A DNA stretch of 63,873 nucleotides, the filler included, from Octopus bimaculoides (taxonomy: Eukaryota): the NCBI RefSeq assembly GCF_001194135.2. It is 5 parts of 4 records of this genome, joined end to end, with 100 filler letters (N's around TTAATTAATTAA, not from the genome) between each part and the next. Parts side by side here need not be neighbours in the genome. Positions count along the whole stretch, not along the records: positions 19,100 to 41,976 come from NC_068996.1; 4 more parts are not named here. The stretch is one strand, 5' to 3'. Made by a program: the position numbers and the translations under genes. Under the pieces are notes generated by a model. The model had not been told where the DNA came from. It searched no databases and worked only from the letters and a program-made list of their open reading frames with translations. This document shows positions 25,024-39,149 of this stretch, piece after piece (position 1 is the stretch's first letter; each line of letters begins with the position of its first letter).

Positions 25024-25771
25024 TGTCAGTTTGTCTTGTACAGCCAGCCTATGTGTATAGCATGCCACCCCACCCAGCTTACTTCTTTTATATGCTACAT
25101 CATATAGCTAATGTTTACTCCTATTCCACTACTACTACCACAACCACCACCACCACCACAATCCCTTCTCTTACTGCTCAGTTGGACATCTCTTCACCCA
25201 GCTCATGTCAGATCATGTCATCTATACAATATGGGTGACTCTATTTCTTTCTCTTCTTTTTCCTACTTTTTCTTTTCATCTGTTTTCTTATATATTTCTT
25301 CTTCATTCCTTTTAATTTCAATATCATTTTTTTTTCTTTATCTATGTTCCAATAAGTTTGACTAACATAGAGAAAAAGAAAAAGAACAATGCTGCCGAGA
25401 ACCAACAGGTTTGATCTCGGTTCCATAACAGTCTTCAAAGTTATGGCTTCATCTCTCCCTTTGTGCTGTCATATTTCACTAAAGAAAAAAAATAAGAAAG
25501 CAGTTAGCTTTATTATTATTATTAATTTCTCCCTACCCCACAATATTTAAAAACTCTGAAATTCTGAGTGTATGATGCTTAAGAGATTCACATTCATGTT
25601 TTTGTAAATGGTTGCACTTGAAGAAGAAGAAACAAAATAGTCAATTGTGATTGTGTAAAAAGAAGACATAGTTGACCACATAAGACAGTCTGTCAATTCC
25701 ATGTACAATCACATCTATCATGAACAACTGCAGCACTCAAGTTTACTTATTACATTGCCAATATTTTTTAT

Positions 25772-25810
<39 letters not shown>

Positions 25811-25859
25811 TAATATTCAGATTTCTAGATAAATAAAATTGAACTAAATTGAATTTGTT

Positions 25860-26260
25860 TTTCATCATGTTAACGTCCACTTTTCCATGCTAGCTTGGGT
25901 CAGATGGAACTCGTTGAGGCAGATTTCCTACAGCTGGATGCCCTTCTTATCATCAACCCTCACCTGTTTCCAAGTAAAGCATTATTTTCCCATGATCATG
26001 TTTTTCACAGAATATTGGAAGCGAAGGACACCTCTTGCATGACGATGACACTCATTTACAACTATCATGTAATGTCAAGACATGGACAAACACACATACA
26101 CACACACACACACACACATATATGGCGGGCTTCTTTCAGTTTCCATCTCCCAAATCCACTCGGAAGGCTTTGGTCAGCCCAAGTCTAATAGAAGACACTT
26201 GCCCATGCAGTGGGGTTGGATCTTGAACCATGTGGTTGGGAAACAAACTTATCACAGCCA
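25860..26260 (-). mobile_element. RTE-related tail plus SINE fragment within the putative 3'UTR
   Basis: catcatgttaacgtccacttttccatgc…ggatgcccttc; after (CA)n, ttctttcagtttcc…caaatccactc…aggctttggtc, also found at 36665-36800 and 46320-46460. Confidence 0.7.
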
Positions 26261-26489
26261 TATAAGTATGCAATTTATTTCTGACAGTAAACTGCTACCA
26301 TGATGCAGTTATATCATATAATAATTAAAAAAAATTTTTTTTAATAAATGAAACCATTTAGACTCTTTATGCTATGAGCTTTATACTTCAATTAAAGCTC
26401 TTCAACTTCTCTCTTTATAATGTTAGTTTTATAGTTCAATTAACTACAGTTCATCTTATAGCAAATGTTCTGTGTTTGTCATTGTAGAG

Positions 26490-26553
<64 letters not shown>

Positions 26554-29513
26554 TTGACTTACTGGAGTGGTTGGCTGTTTGTTTCTTTGTTTGTTGTGTT
26601 GTTTTGGTAAGGGCACTGCAAACTAAAAAAGCTCGTTTCTTATTTGCAAGAAACAATCTGTTCCCTTCTAAATTTCCTTAAAACATTGAGGTGCTGCACT
26701 CCAGTAATCTAAGATGAATGCATTTTGCATGTGAATAGTTTACACTGTATTCCTAAAGTTTATTTCACTGCTGGTATTTGTACATATCAATTTGGTGTTA
26801 AAATGGCCAGCAGGGAATTAAGTAAAATGGTCGTATCCATAGATGTCAGCTGAGTAACACAGACTACTCAGTAGGTTTCCCTATTTTGTGAATTGAGGGG
26901 GAAAATAGTCCACAAAATGAGTGATATGTTTGGTGTATTTCTCCCACATTTTGCACAAAAGAGGTCTCCTTGAGTAGTTTGTTTGCATTCATTTTCTTTT
27001 TTTTCTTTTCCTTTACTAAACTAAGAGTTACTAACACTGAAGATCCCGAAAATACATAAAAGATAATCTGTTGAGACTGTAAATGGAGATACAATGTGAT
27101 GACACGAAATAAAATGCAATGAATCTTTTCTTTATGAGGAAACAATGCTCACCACCAGTGAAAAATAAGGAAATTGTTCTTGTTTCGAGACCCTCTCCCC
27201 GCCCCCACCTTTCGTGATTGTGTTATTTGGAGTAGGATTAAATGAGGGGTGAATTCAGACACAAAGCTCTTTAAGTTGAGTACCCTAAACCTGATCAGTC
27301 TTCTGAATGTGCAACCATTTTTATTATATTATTTGTTTCTAATTTATTGCAAACATCAAAATTTCCATCCATTGTTATATGGCTTTTCTTGTGATTTACC
27401 TGTAGATTTGTGCCGTGTCAGGTGCTGCCCCGTCTGTAAAGTGTACAGCCTTAATTACTAGAGCACAGCGACCTTTCAACATGTTTGGTAACTCATGTAC
27501 TCACTGTGTATAAATTATAGTTATAAAATGTAAATAACTTAGAGAAAGATTTTAAAAAATGAAATTAATAACAATTTTAACATTTTTGTCTCTTCCCTAT
27601 ATAAATTCCATAAAAAGTTATGGTAATCCCCCAGTCCTTGCCCCTTTCCCCCACTCCAAATGAAAAAACAAAAAAAAAAAATACGGCATTTCTAAATTAA
27701 AGAATAAGCAAGAGCTAATCTCTCATTCTTGAGAACTCTTAAGAACCTTGTAAATGACACTTTAACAAAGTTAAATAATATCTCTGAAATAAAAACTAAA
27801 TATATAACTATTATGTAACAACAATGCCATGTATTTTGTCATTGTAGCAAATAACTTTTTGCTATATAAGGTTTTTTTTTTTTTTTTCCTATCGCTATTC
27901 CATTACACACGCACACATAACATATACAACATACATACACAGTATTTCCTGGTGATGTATAACTGGATATCAATAGTTTAAGAGACTTGAGTTAACAGCA
28001 GAGCATAGAGGCAAGGAAGAAATACAGCCATTGGTCAGATCTATGAAGTACTTGTGTTTCGTTCATATTTATTACAAGGTGAGAGTGATAGTCAGTGTTA
28101 GAGGTGGTCGTTTAGGGGCTTTCTCTTCACTTTGAGCTTTCATTTTATTTATTTGCCATGTTTACAATGTTTTGGGATTTTTTATGTATTTATCTTTCTT
28201 CCCCCACCCCCACCCCAACTAATCAGCGCTCAATATCAGGCACCCATTTACTCATGGATATAGACAAATGGAGAGAAGGGACACACACATACACATAACA
28301 TGCTTTTGTTTTTTTAATGCATCTATTTTTTTTTTTTTTTTTCTAAAAGATAAAAGAAACAAATAAAATAATAATAAATTTGGGAGTGTCTAAAGTAATT
28401 GGTTTACTGAATCTTTCCGCAAATGCTATAAAACTCTCCTGGCACTGTTAGCATTAATAGAGTAACCTTCAGTCAATGTGAATGAATTACTGAGAATATA
28501 GTTTGTCCTTTATTATTATTATTATTTGCTCCATATCTTTTACTGCAACTCAGAAATATTGTTTGGATCATTCTTGCTATTAATATTTAAGTTGTGCATT
28601 TTTGTCTTCCGTGCTGTGCAATTCAGAGATCTTTTTTTATGATCTCGTGACCGGTTAAAGTGGTTTTTTTCTTTCTTGCTACCTCATTCAAGCTTTATGA
28701 TGAGTTGATTACATTGTGATTCTGCAAACACTTTAGAAAGTTCAGTTTGAGCAGGATGTTATGATAACTTCTTTCTTTCTTTCTTTCTTCTGTCCTGATT
28801 CTCCCAGCTAGTTATTTAATTGAATTATGTTTGAGAAAATCATTAAAATATTTTTTTTTTCCTCATTTAGGTCATGCAGAAAATATTTTTAGTTTAAATT
28901 TCAGAGTATTTTAAGCTGCAAAGTGGTTCTCCCCTTAGATGCATAAATTAGTGTTAAGATATTTACTAATAGCAGTATATGCTTGTACTAATTACCATCA
29001 AATGGTATTTATTGGGTGGATGATCAGACTGAATGAGCGTCTGAATGATGATGGTATGTGCTGGGTGGCTTAGCATGGAAGTGGGGAGAGCTAAATTTTC
29101 TGACTATAAATTAAATATAACAAATGAAAAAATATGAAAAAAAAACTGAAAAATAATAAATAAACTAAAAAATCTAATAGTCTGTCATGATGCTTGTTAC
29201 GTTTTAGATGAGATTGATTTTCTTTTCTGTATATATGATTATATCCAGCAATTCTTATGGGTACATCGATTGGAGTGTTGTGCATTCAGTGCTGCTCTGG
29301 TTTACATCTATATGTTTGTCTATCTATATATGTATTTATATATATAGATATATAGATATATATAACATACACACACAAAAAACACACACACACATTTGAC
29401 TGACTACATTTGCTCTGTTGTTGGCTTATTCTCCTCAAAAATGCTCTCATAACTAGACTGACAGTATTTATAAGGGTTTTTTAGCAACATTTTTTTTTAA
29501 ACTCAATCTGTAA

Positions 29514-29783
<270 letters not shown>

Positions 29784-29785
29784 TG

Positions 29786-29795
29786 AATAAATAAA
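29786..29795 (+). promoter_or_regulatory. Overlapping tandem poly(A) signals AATAAATAAA
   Basis: Two overlapping AATAAA hexamers, followed ~20 nt later by tgatgttgtttgttggtttattttgtttgtgtt (GU/U-rich DSE). Confidence 0.6.
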
Positions 29796-30208
29796 GTAAA
29801 GCTTAGTTCATTGATGTTGTTTGTTGGTTTATTTTGTTTGTGTTATATTTCAAATTGTTTTCATTCTATTTGTCAGCTGTACATACAACACCTTATTAAA
29901 AAAAAAATAGAGTGAGTGGGAAGAAAAAAACCTTGGTTATGGTTACTTTTTTAATAATACACTCAATGCTTGAGGAATGTGTCAGCCTGTTGGTTTGAAG
30001 TGTTTGTAAACGGCTCTAAAATGTGTTATATGGGAGACATATTGCACTAAAGTGCAGTTGCATTTAATACAAGTTCATTATGCTAACCATTTGGTTTCAG
30101 GTTCGATCCTACTTTGTGTCATCTTGGGCAAAAGTGTCTTTTTCTATAGGCTTGGGCTAATGTGTGTAAATAAAATGCAGTGGGTGGAAACTATATGGAA
30201 GCCTGGTA

Positions 30209-30255
<47 letters not shown>

Positions 30256-30488
30256 AAAGGGATAAAACTCTTTTACAAGAATTTTATCAAGAAGCCAGTG
30301 TGTAAAAAAATTCATAAGGGAAATTTCTATTCCCAAGAATATAATTATTCGTTTATATTTATATAAAGGGCATTATTACAGAAAATAATAACGCCACACA
30401 GTGGACTTCTCAAAATAACCACATTTAGTACCTAATGCGAGGAAAAACAACCAACAGAAGACGACCAACTTTCTTTTAAATAAACTTA

Positions 30489-30550
30489 ACTGTGTATCGG
30501 CCGATTTCGCGATTACTAGAATGAATCTAGATTTCGTTCATCAGCACAGT
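30489..30550 (-). ncRNA. Type I hammerhead ribozyme motif (Penelope-like element remnant)
   Basis: Minus strand: ACTGTG (stem I) CTGATGA (core) acgaaatctaga-ttcat-tctagtaatcgc (stem II) GAAA tcggccga (palindromic stem III) TA (NUH) CACAGT (stem I). Stem II has four mismatches, including the closing pair. Confidence 0.7.
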
Positions 30551-30653
30551 ATTGTCCCAAAAATATATATAAATAAACAGAATTCTCACCTCACCAAAAA
30601 CGAACACACTACGTATCCGACAGAGTAAAGGGAATGAAGTTTATCTGTATGTG

Positions 30654-30709
<56 letters not shown>

Positions 30710-30909
30710 CACACATTGCAATGTATATATGTGTATACATGTATTTAATATAATGCAAATCCCATTTAACACCTTATGATAAAGCTGTTTACAAGAGCTT
30801 CCAGTCAATTGGCCAATCCACTCCTCATGCATTATATGTATATATCTATGTGTATCTATATTATATATATGTCTATGAGTATATACGTATATGTTTACAT
30901 ATACATATA

Positions 30910-31110
30910 ATCATCATTTAACACCCTTTTTTTTTCTATACTGGCATGGGTTCGACAGTTCAACAGGAATTAATGAGCCAAAGCTGCAGTGTCTGCTTTG
31001 GCATTGTTTTCATAGCTGGGTGCCTTTCCTAAAGCCAACCACTTTGCAGAGTGTACATGGTGCTTTTTTCATGGCCCTGTCACTAGTCAGCTCACCAAGT
31101 ACTTGCTAGT
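30910..31110 (-). mobile_element. Old RTE 3' tail copy
   Basis: aatcatcatttaacaccc…ggcatgggttcgacag…ctgggtgcctttcctaaagccaaccac. Confidence 0.65.
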
Positions 31111-32136
31111 CAAGACCCCCACTCCACCCTGCAATTTAGGATAGATGGACAGGGTAGGTGTTTTGCTGAGGAGGTATATCTTCTTTTTATCTGTTTCAGT
31201 CAGATTATGCCCATGCTGGGGCACTGCCTTAAGTATTTTAGTTGAATGAAATCAACTTCAGTTCTTTCTATTTTTTATGCCTCGTATTTATTCTATGTCC
31301 TTTTTTGCCAGACCGCAAACACAACACCAGTTGTCAAGTGGTGAGTGTATAGGGACAAACACACCCATATATANNNNNNNNNNNNNNNNNNNNNNNNNNN
31401 NNNNNNNNNNNNNNNNNNNNNNNNNNNNNNNNNNNNNNNNNNNNNNNNNNNNNNNNNNNNNNNNNNNNNNNNNNNNNNNNNNNNNNNNNNNNNNNNNNNN
31501 NNNNNNNNNNNNNNNNNNNNNNNNNNNNNNNNNNNNNNNNNNNNNNNNNNNNNNNNNNNNNNNNNNNNNNNNNNNNNNNNNNNNNNNNNNNNNNNNNNNN
31601 NNNNNNNNNNNNNNNNNNNNNNNNNNNNNNNNNNNNNNNNNNNNNNNNNNNNNNNNNNNNNNNNNNNNNNNNNNNNNNNNNNNNNNNNNNNNNNNNNNNN
31701 NNNNNNNNNNNNNNNNNNNNNNNNNNNNNNNNNNNNNNNNNNNNNNNNNNNNNNNNNNNNNNNNNNNNNNNNNNNNNNNNNNNNNNNNNNNNNNNNNNNN
31801 NNNNNNNNNNNNNNNNNNNNNNNNNNNNNNNNNNNNNNNNNNNNNNNNNNNNNNNNNNNNNNNNNNNNNNNNNNNNNNNNNNNNNNNNNNNNNNNNNNNN
31901 NNNNNNNNNNNNNNNNNNNNNNNNNNNNNNNNNNNNNNNNNNNNNNNNNNNNNNNNNNNNNNNNNNNNNNNNNNNNNNNNNNNNNNNNNNNNNNNNNNNN
32001 NNNNNNNNNNNNNNNNNNNNNNNNNNNNNNNNNNNNNNNNNNNGATTCATATACTTATTGCAGCAGTCCTTCAGTTTTTCTAAGCTTTGTAAAATAACTT
32101 GGGCCTCCAACCAGGCCTCTCCTGATACCCTTAAAA

Positions 32137-32174
32137 CCAGGAATTTTTCAGCACTCCTCATATATGTGTGTATG

Positions 32175-32214
<40 letters not shown>

Positions 32215-32240
32215 ATGAAGGGTTGCTGAAAAGTTCCTGG
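32137..32240. mobile_element. Two mariner-type TIR ends, inverted around a (TA)n tract
   Basis: ccaggaatttttcagcactcctca (32137-32160) and tgaagggttgctgaaaagttcctgg (32216-32240); similar to the TIR at 34729. Confidence 0.7.
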
Positions 32241-32685
32241 CTTTGAGTAAAAGAAAATACAGTCAACCTAGCCTTTCTCGATACCCTTAATGCTTGGAAC
32301 TTTTCAGCACTCCCTTGTAACTCTGCCAATGTTGAGACTAGAAGGTACAAACACACACATACAAATTGACAGACTTTTTCAGTTTCCATTCACAAGGCAT
32401 TGATCAGCCTGGGGCAGTTATTGAAAACTTTTGCCCAAGGTGCCATTAAGTGGGAATGTATGTATATGTGTATGTTTGTGTATATACCATCATCATTAAC
32501 ATCCATAGGTGGACATTAAACAATGATGATATATACACTCACATGCATATATATAAACACACACACATATATATATACACATACACACACAACTGGTTTA
32601 TTTTTTGAAATGTCTTACTAGTAGAGACAGAAATTCTGCTACTGAGCATTGCTTCTAAGCATAATACAAAAGATTCATAGATGCA

Positions 32686-33257
32686 TCATCATTTAACGTC
32701 CGCTTTCCATGCTAGCATGGGTTGGACAATTTGACTGAGGACTGGTGAAACCAGATGGCTACACCAGGCTCCAATCTGATTTGGCAGAGTTTCTACAGCT
32801 GGATGCCCTTCCTAACGCCAACCACTCAGAGAGTGTAGTGGGTGCTTTTACGTGTCACCCGCACGAAGGTCAGTCAGGCGGTACTGGCAACGGCCACGCT
32901 CAAAATACTGTATTTTATGTGCCACCCGCACAAGAGCCAGTCCAGTGGCACTGGCAACGATCTCGCTTGAAAATCCTTACACATGTCACGGGCACAAGTG
33001 CCAGAAAGGCGACACTGGGCACAGGTGCTATCCCGATTTCGCTTTCGCTTGCCCCAATAAGTCTTTGCAAGCTGAGTTNNNNNNNNNNTATCCCGATTTC
33101 GCTTTCGCTTGCCCCAATAAGTCTTTGCAAGCTGAGTTTTGTGTCCAATGAAGGAGACGACGTTGGCGCAGGTGCCAGTCGTCGAATTTAGTTTGATTTC
33201 ACTTGCCTCAACAAGTCTTCGCAAGCAGAGTTTAGTGTCCAATGTAGGAAAGGTACA
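32686..33257 (-). mobile_element. RTE 3' UTR fragment
   Basis: Same tail as 51295, extended into the ggcactggcaacgatctcgct region; contains a 10-N gap with a duplicated 50-bp flank. Confidence 0.9.
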
Positions 33258-34728
33258 TATATATATCATCATCATCATACATATATATATATATACACAC
33301 TTGGTTTATGTTTTGAATGTCCTCACCTGTATAGAAAGAGTCAGTTTCTATCCTAGAAAATAGACTGTTTCATTGGAATTCTGGCAATATGTGCATATTC
33401 GTATGTGCACGTTTATACATACATACATAGCTGCTGGTGTGGATGGCATTGCATTTGAGGATTTATTTATTGTATGCTGAATTTCATAAGCATTTTTACA
33501 TGTTTTGATGGTACATTTGACAGCTTGTCACTGTAATGTTCCTTCTTGTTTTGTGAACCCCAGCTTATCAAGATTGATACTAAAGCAGATTGTCATGTAA
33601 TCAAATGCTCCAATAATTATTGGTAGAATCTAAAATTATAGGCTGGATGGAGTATCGATTTCTCATTAGCTCACCATAAATGTTCTCTTTTTCTTTAACA
33701 TGTAATGTTATACTAAAATCTACTGGGCCAACAACTGTGTACAGTTTCTTTTCTTGGTCCCAGATCATTGCGCTTATGTTTTATTGAAGAAAAGAGGATG
33801 GAGGTGTAAAGGCAACTGGATATGTAATACAACTATGAATAAAGGCTTGGAAGTAAAAGTGAAATCAAAATAGTTGAAAGTGAGGAAGATATACAGAAGA
33901 GTGAGAAAGGGAAGAAAGAGAAGAGAGAAAAATTCAAACACATCCTGATAAAGATTAACTAAGCTATGCAAATATATATATATATAATTGAAGTAAGGTT
34001 AAGCAATTATCTAACATAGGTGGAGCATATAGATTGATGGTTAAAAGAGAATGTTTTAAAAATTGATGCTTGCAAAAGGTGATTATGTCTCTGTCAAATC
34101 AAAAGTGACAATTCTCTCTTAATATTTCTTAGACTTCTTACTGCAGAGATCATGTAAAAGTTCAACCACCTTGCTTGAGATTGTTTTATATAATTTGCTA
34201 ATGAATTGGCAGTTTTAAGTTTAGCAGAGAAAATGAACTATGGAGGGCTAAATAGCATTGTTTAAAGTTGATAAAAGATCCAAAATATATTTCAGTTGAA
34301 CTTTGGTGTATTATGTACAGTGCATCTATAAATGATATTCTGCTTCAAGCACAAACCATTCAAAGGTCATCTATTAGGTACTCTACTAGTGCATTTATTT
34401 TTATCCCATTTTAAATTACAATTATTGTGAGTCCTTTTCTTTTTATTATTCCTATTCATATTTAAATAAGTATTTATATTACACAAACTATTATTAACAA
34501 TTGATATGCTGCTATTCATGTAAGTGACAACCGAAGTTTCCATTTCAGTTAAAGTGAGTGGTCATATTACTAACATTCATTTCATTGTTATAATTAATAT
34601 AGTTAATACAATTGCTATTATTATCACCATCAACATAGTCTCCAATACTAATAATAGTATTAGAATCATTAACAGAAATACCAAAACCCACACACACATT
34701 CATGCATGTATACATACATACATGCATA

Positions 34729-35985
34729 TGAGGGTTGGCTGAAAAGTTCATAGTCTGACCTAGATATTCTCACAGAATGTGATCAAATGAGATGTATTTT
34801 TCAACATGGTCCCACTTACAATCCAGACACTTTCCCATCAGTCTTGCAGTGCTTGGATTCCATTGGTGAAGAAGCTTTCATCCTGTTGGTCAAAAAAGGT
34901 CATTATCATTGCAATATTGATTCCCAGCTAAGAGTATTTTTTATGTTGGAAAACATGATAGTCAGATGGGGCCAAATCAGGAGAAAAGAAAAGCTGATCA
35001 ACCAGTTGAAGACCACAGCTATGTACAACAGCCATTGAAACCAAGGACTTATGTGCTGGAGTATTGTCCTGATGAAACAAGACCCTTTTATCAGTTTTCC
35101 TCAGTGTTTGGTCTTGATAGCCTTTCTTAACTGCCTTAGCAAGTTGGCATTGTACTCTCCATTGATGGTATGACCCATTTGAAGATAGTCAATGAACACA
35201 ATGCCTTTTGCATACCAAATAAATGAGGTCATCACCTTCCCTGCACATGAAACAACCTTGACCTTCTTTGGAGCAAATGAGGAGGAGTGTTTCCACTGCA
35301 TGGATTGTCTCTTTGTTTCTGGCTCAAAATGTTGAATCCAACAGTCATTCTGGCTTAAGATACATTTCAACGAAATCAGCTGGATCTGCCTCAAATAATG
35401 TCAGATTCTGTTGTGATGTGATCAGCCTGGTGCGCTTTTGATCAGGTGTCAGAAGACATGGTGCCTACTGAATGGAAATCTTCATCATTCCAATTTCATT
35501 GTGCAGAATATTCTTAACTCTGTCATGGGATATGCTAATAGCATGGGCTATTTGATTTATAGTCAATCACTTGTCATCCATCAGCATGTGGTGAACACAA
35601 TGTTTTTCTCAATGGGGTAGTTGTGGGACGTCCAGAAAATGGGTCATCTTCAGAACTCTATTCCCCTCCTAATTTCAGCATCCCGCTTTTGAATGGTTGA
35701 TAAAGCAGGAGCGTCATCCCCTAATGTAGCAACCATGTCAGCATGTATATCCTTGGAGACTAAACCTTTTTTCTACAGTATTTGATAACACCACAATGCC
35801 AGATTTTCTCGATTTTCAAGAAGAGTCACTACTTGTTACATTTGAAGTCTTCTTTGAACAGTTAGATATCAGGAAAGAAACTATGCAGTTATTAATAAGT
35901 AGAGTTGAAATGAATGCATGCAAAATTTCACAGCTCTAGCGTTACTCCTTCATAATCAGCCTATGAACTTTTCAGCCCACCCTCA
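34729..35985 (-). mobile_element. Mariner transposon, near full length, pseudogenised
   Basis: TIRs tgagggttggctgaaaagttcatag (34729, preceded by TA) and ctatgaacttttcagcccaccctca (ending 35985); ~1.26 kb; ORF 35101-35394 WIQHFEPETKRQSMQWKH…AGKVMTSFIWYAKGIVFIDYL…TINGEY. Confidence 0.92.
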
Positions 35986-36398
35986 AGCGAAACGAAATCG
36001 TGATGGCACCTGTACCAGTAAATCACTAAGAGCACCGTCCAAGCGTGATCGTTGCCAGAGCACCAGCTGTCTGGCTTTCGTGCCAGTGGCACGTAAATAG
36101 CACCATTTGAGCGTGACCGTTACCAACGTTGCCTTCCTGGCACTTGTGCCAGTGGCATGGGAAAAGACATTCGAGCGAGTTTGTGCCAGTACCGCTGGAC
36201 TGGCTCCTCTGCAGGTGGCACGTAAAAGCACCCACTACACTCTCGGAGTGGTTGGCGTTAGGAAGGGCTTTCAGCTGTAGAAACTCTGCCAAATCAGATT
36301 GGAGCCTGGTGTAGCCATCTGGTTCATCAGTCCTCCGTCAAATCGTCCAACCCATGCTAGCATGGAAAGCGGACATTAAACGATGATGATGATGATGA
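35986..36398 (+). mobile_element. RTE 3' UTR fragment in plus orientation
   Basis: Reverse complement of the 32686/51295 tails, ending …ggacattaaacgatgatgatgatg then (AT)n; abuts the mariner right TIR. Confidence 0.9.
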
Positions 36399-36620
36399 TA
36401 TATATATATATATTCTTTTATTCTTTTACTTCTTTCAGTCATTTGACTGTAGCCAAGCTGGAGCCCTGCCTTTAGTCAAGCAAATTGACCCCAGGACTTA
36501 TTTTTTGTAAGCCTAGTATTTATTCTAACAGTCTCTTTTGCCAAACCGCTAAGTTACGGGGATGTATACACACTAGCATCGGTTATCAAGTGATGTTGTG
36601 GGGGACAAACAAACACATGC

Positions 36621-36662
<42 letters not shown>

Positions 36663-36898
36663 CATGCTTCTTTCAGTTTCCATCGACAAAATCCACTCAC
36701 AAGGCTTTGGTCGGCCTGAGGCTATAGTAGAAAGCACTTACCCAAGGTACCACACAATGGGACTGAACCCTAAATCCTGTGGTTGGTAAGCAAACATATA
36801 CACACAAACACACACACACACACATATATATATATAGATATGTATAGATACATATATACACACACACATATACATATATATATTTATATATCTATATA

Positions 36899-37881
36899 TT
36901 GGGTCATCCCATAAATAATGCAGTTTTTTTCAATTGCATGAACTAAAAGTTGAAGGGGTACGGGATGAACTACCTGCATCAACATCCTATAAAAGGTAGT
37001 AATTTTACCTTGTACTTATTCTTAGTGCAATTTTGAAGAGTGCAGTTCAACTTTAACAGTTATTTTTTCAAAGCTATAATGGAAGTGACAAAGGACCATA
37101 TTCGGCATATTTTGCTTTATGGGGTCAATAAAGGTAACAATGCATTGGAAAGTGCAAGGAATATTAATGCAGTAAATGGGTATCAGACAATAAGCATAAG
37201 ACAGTGTAAATGGTAGTTCCAGAAATTCCAGTTTGGAAACTATAGCCTAGAAGATGAGCCTCCTCTTGGAAGATTTGTAGAGCTTGATGAGGACATCCCG
37301 TAAACCCTGGTGGAACAAAATCCCATTGTAACTGTTGAGGAACTAGTAAAGTAACTTGGATTTGGTCATTCAGCCATTAATCGACACCTGCATGCTATCA
37401 GAAAAGTCAGCCAATTGGGTCAATGGGTTCCTTACAAATGTTCTAATCACATGCAGGGAGTGAATGTGTGCTCTTCTTTGCTGTCATGTCTCACGAATGA
37501 AGGAAAATGACCATCTTGGTTTCAAGATGAAAGGTGAGGATGTAATTCCAAAGGCTGGAGCAATTAGAATGGGAAACGATGCCCCATCCACCATAATCGC
37601 TGGACATTGCCCCATCTGAATATTATTTATTATGCAGTCTTCAAAATCATTGACAGAAAAAATATGAATTCCGTAGATGAGGTCAGAACAGTACTGGAAG
37701 AGTATTTTTCATCACAGACAAATGAATTTTGGAAGAGGGGCCTTACAATTCTACCAGATAGATGGAAGGGCATTGTAGAAAATGAAGGAGAGTATATTTT
37801 AGATTAAAAAAGAACTTTATCTTAATTTTGAAAAATAAAAGAAGTATAAAAAAAAACTGCATTATTTATGGGATGACCCAA
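36899..37881 (+). mobile_element. Mariner transposon with internal deletion
   Basis: Near-perfect TIRs ttgggtcatcccataaataatgcagttttttt / aaaaaaactgcattatttatgggatgacccaa, TA-flanked; N-terminus MEVTKDHIRHILLY…; C-terminus EEYFSSQTNEFWKRGLTILPDRWKGIVENEGEYILD*. Confidence 0.93.
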
Positions 37882-38760
37882 TATATGTATATATATATAT
37901 ATNNNNNNNNNNNNNNNNNNNNNNNNNNNNNNNNNNNNNNNNNNNNNNNNNNNNNNNNNNNNNNNNNNNNNNNNNNNNNNNNNNNNNNNNNNNNNNNNNN
38001 NNNNNNNNNNNNNNNNNNNNNNNNNNNNNNNNNNNNNNNNNNNNNNNNNNNNNNNNNNNNNNNNNNNNNNNNNNNNNNNNNNNNNNNNNNNNNNNNNNNN
38101 NNNNNNNNNNNNNNNNNNNNNNNNNNNNNNNNNNNNNNNNNNNNNNNNNNNNNNNNNNNNNNNNNNNNNNNNNNNNNNNNNNNNNNNNNNNNNNNNNNNN
38201 NNNNNNNNNNNNNNNNNNNNNNNNNNNNNNNNNNNNNNNNNNNNNNNNNNNNNNNNNNNNNNNNNNNNNNNNNNNNNNNNNNNNNNNNNNNNNNNNNNNN
38301 NNNNNNNNNNNNNNNNNNNNNNNNNNNNNNNNNNNNNNNNNNNNNNNNNNNNNNNNNNNNNNNNNNNNNNNNNCACACACACACACACACGCACACATTC
38401 ACATACCTCTTTTATATACACACACATATATATTCACACAGAGTTGAAACGCTGTTTGATTTAATTTTTCAGCGTACAATTTTCATCATCCCACTACCAA
38501 GTATAACATCACCCCTTCCTTCCTTATTCATCTATCAGCCCTTCCTTTCTCATTCTTAAACACAAGAGTATTATCATAGTAGATTATCTTGGTAACTATG
38601 GGAGCTATGAAAAAATACAAAGCCCAGCATCACCACTGGATCATTCTACACATCTGTGTTATTTTTTGTACAATTCCACCCAGCCATTTGACCGTGAATC
38701 CCAAGACAAGAAAGAATCGCCCATGTCAAATTTATATGTATAGATATAGAGAGAGATACA

Positions 38761-38831
<71 letters not shown>

Positions 38832-39113
38832 CACACACACACACACATACATATATGAATACGCATCTATATATACACATATACACACTCATTTACACAT
38901 ATACATATACATGCACAGGCACATGTGCATATGTGCATGCATACACACATACACACAATCCCACACTGAAATTTTTAAATGAATACATTGTTGGTAAATA
39001 TACAGGGTATTAATAAAGTTTATTGTCTAAATGTACAGAACAATGTATCATTTATAAACACATAACTGTTTCATTTGGTGGTGGAAATAACATTATCTAA
39101 ATACTTCCCATTG

Positions 39114-39146
<33 letters not shown>

Positions 39147-39149
39147 TGT

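Noticed and set aside
27401-27434. Minus-strand AG…GT-bounded 34-nt segment (DGAAPDTAQIY)
   Set aside because: No ANKZF1 similarity; such segments arise by chance.
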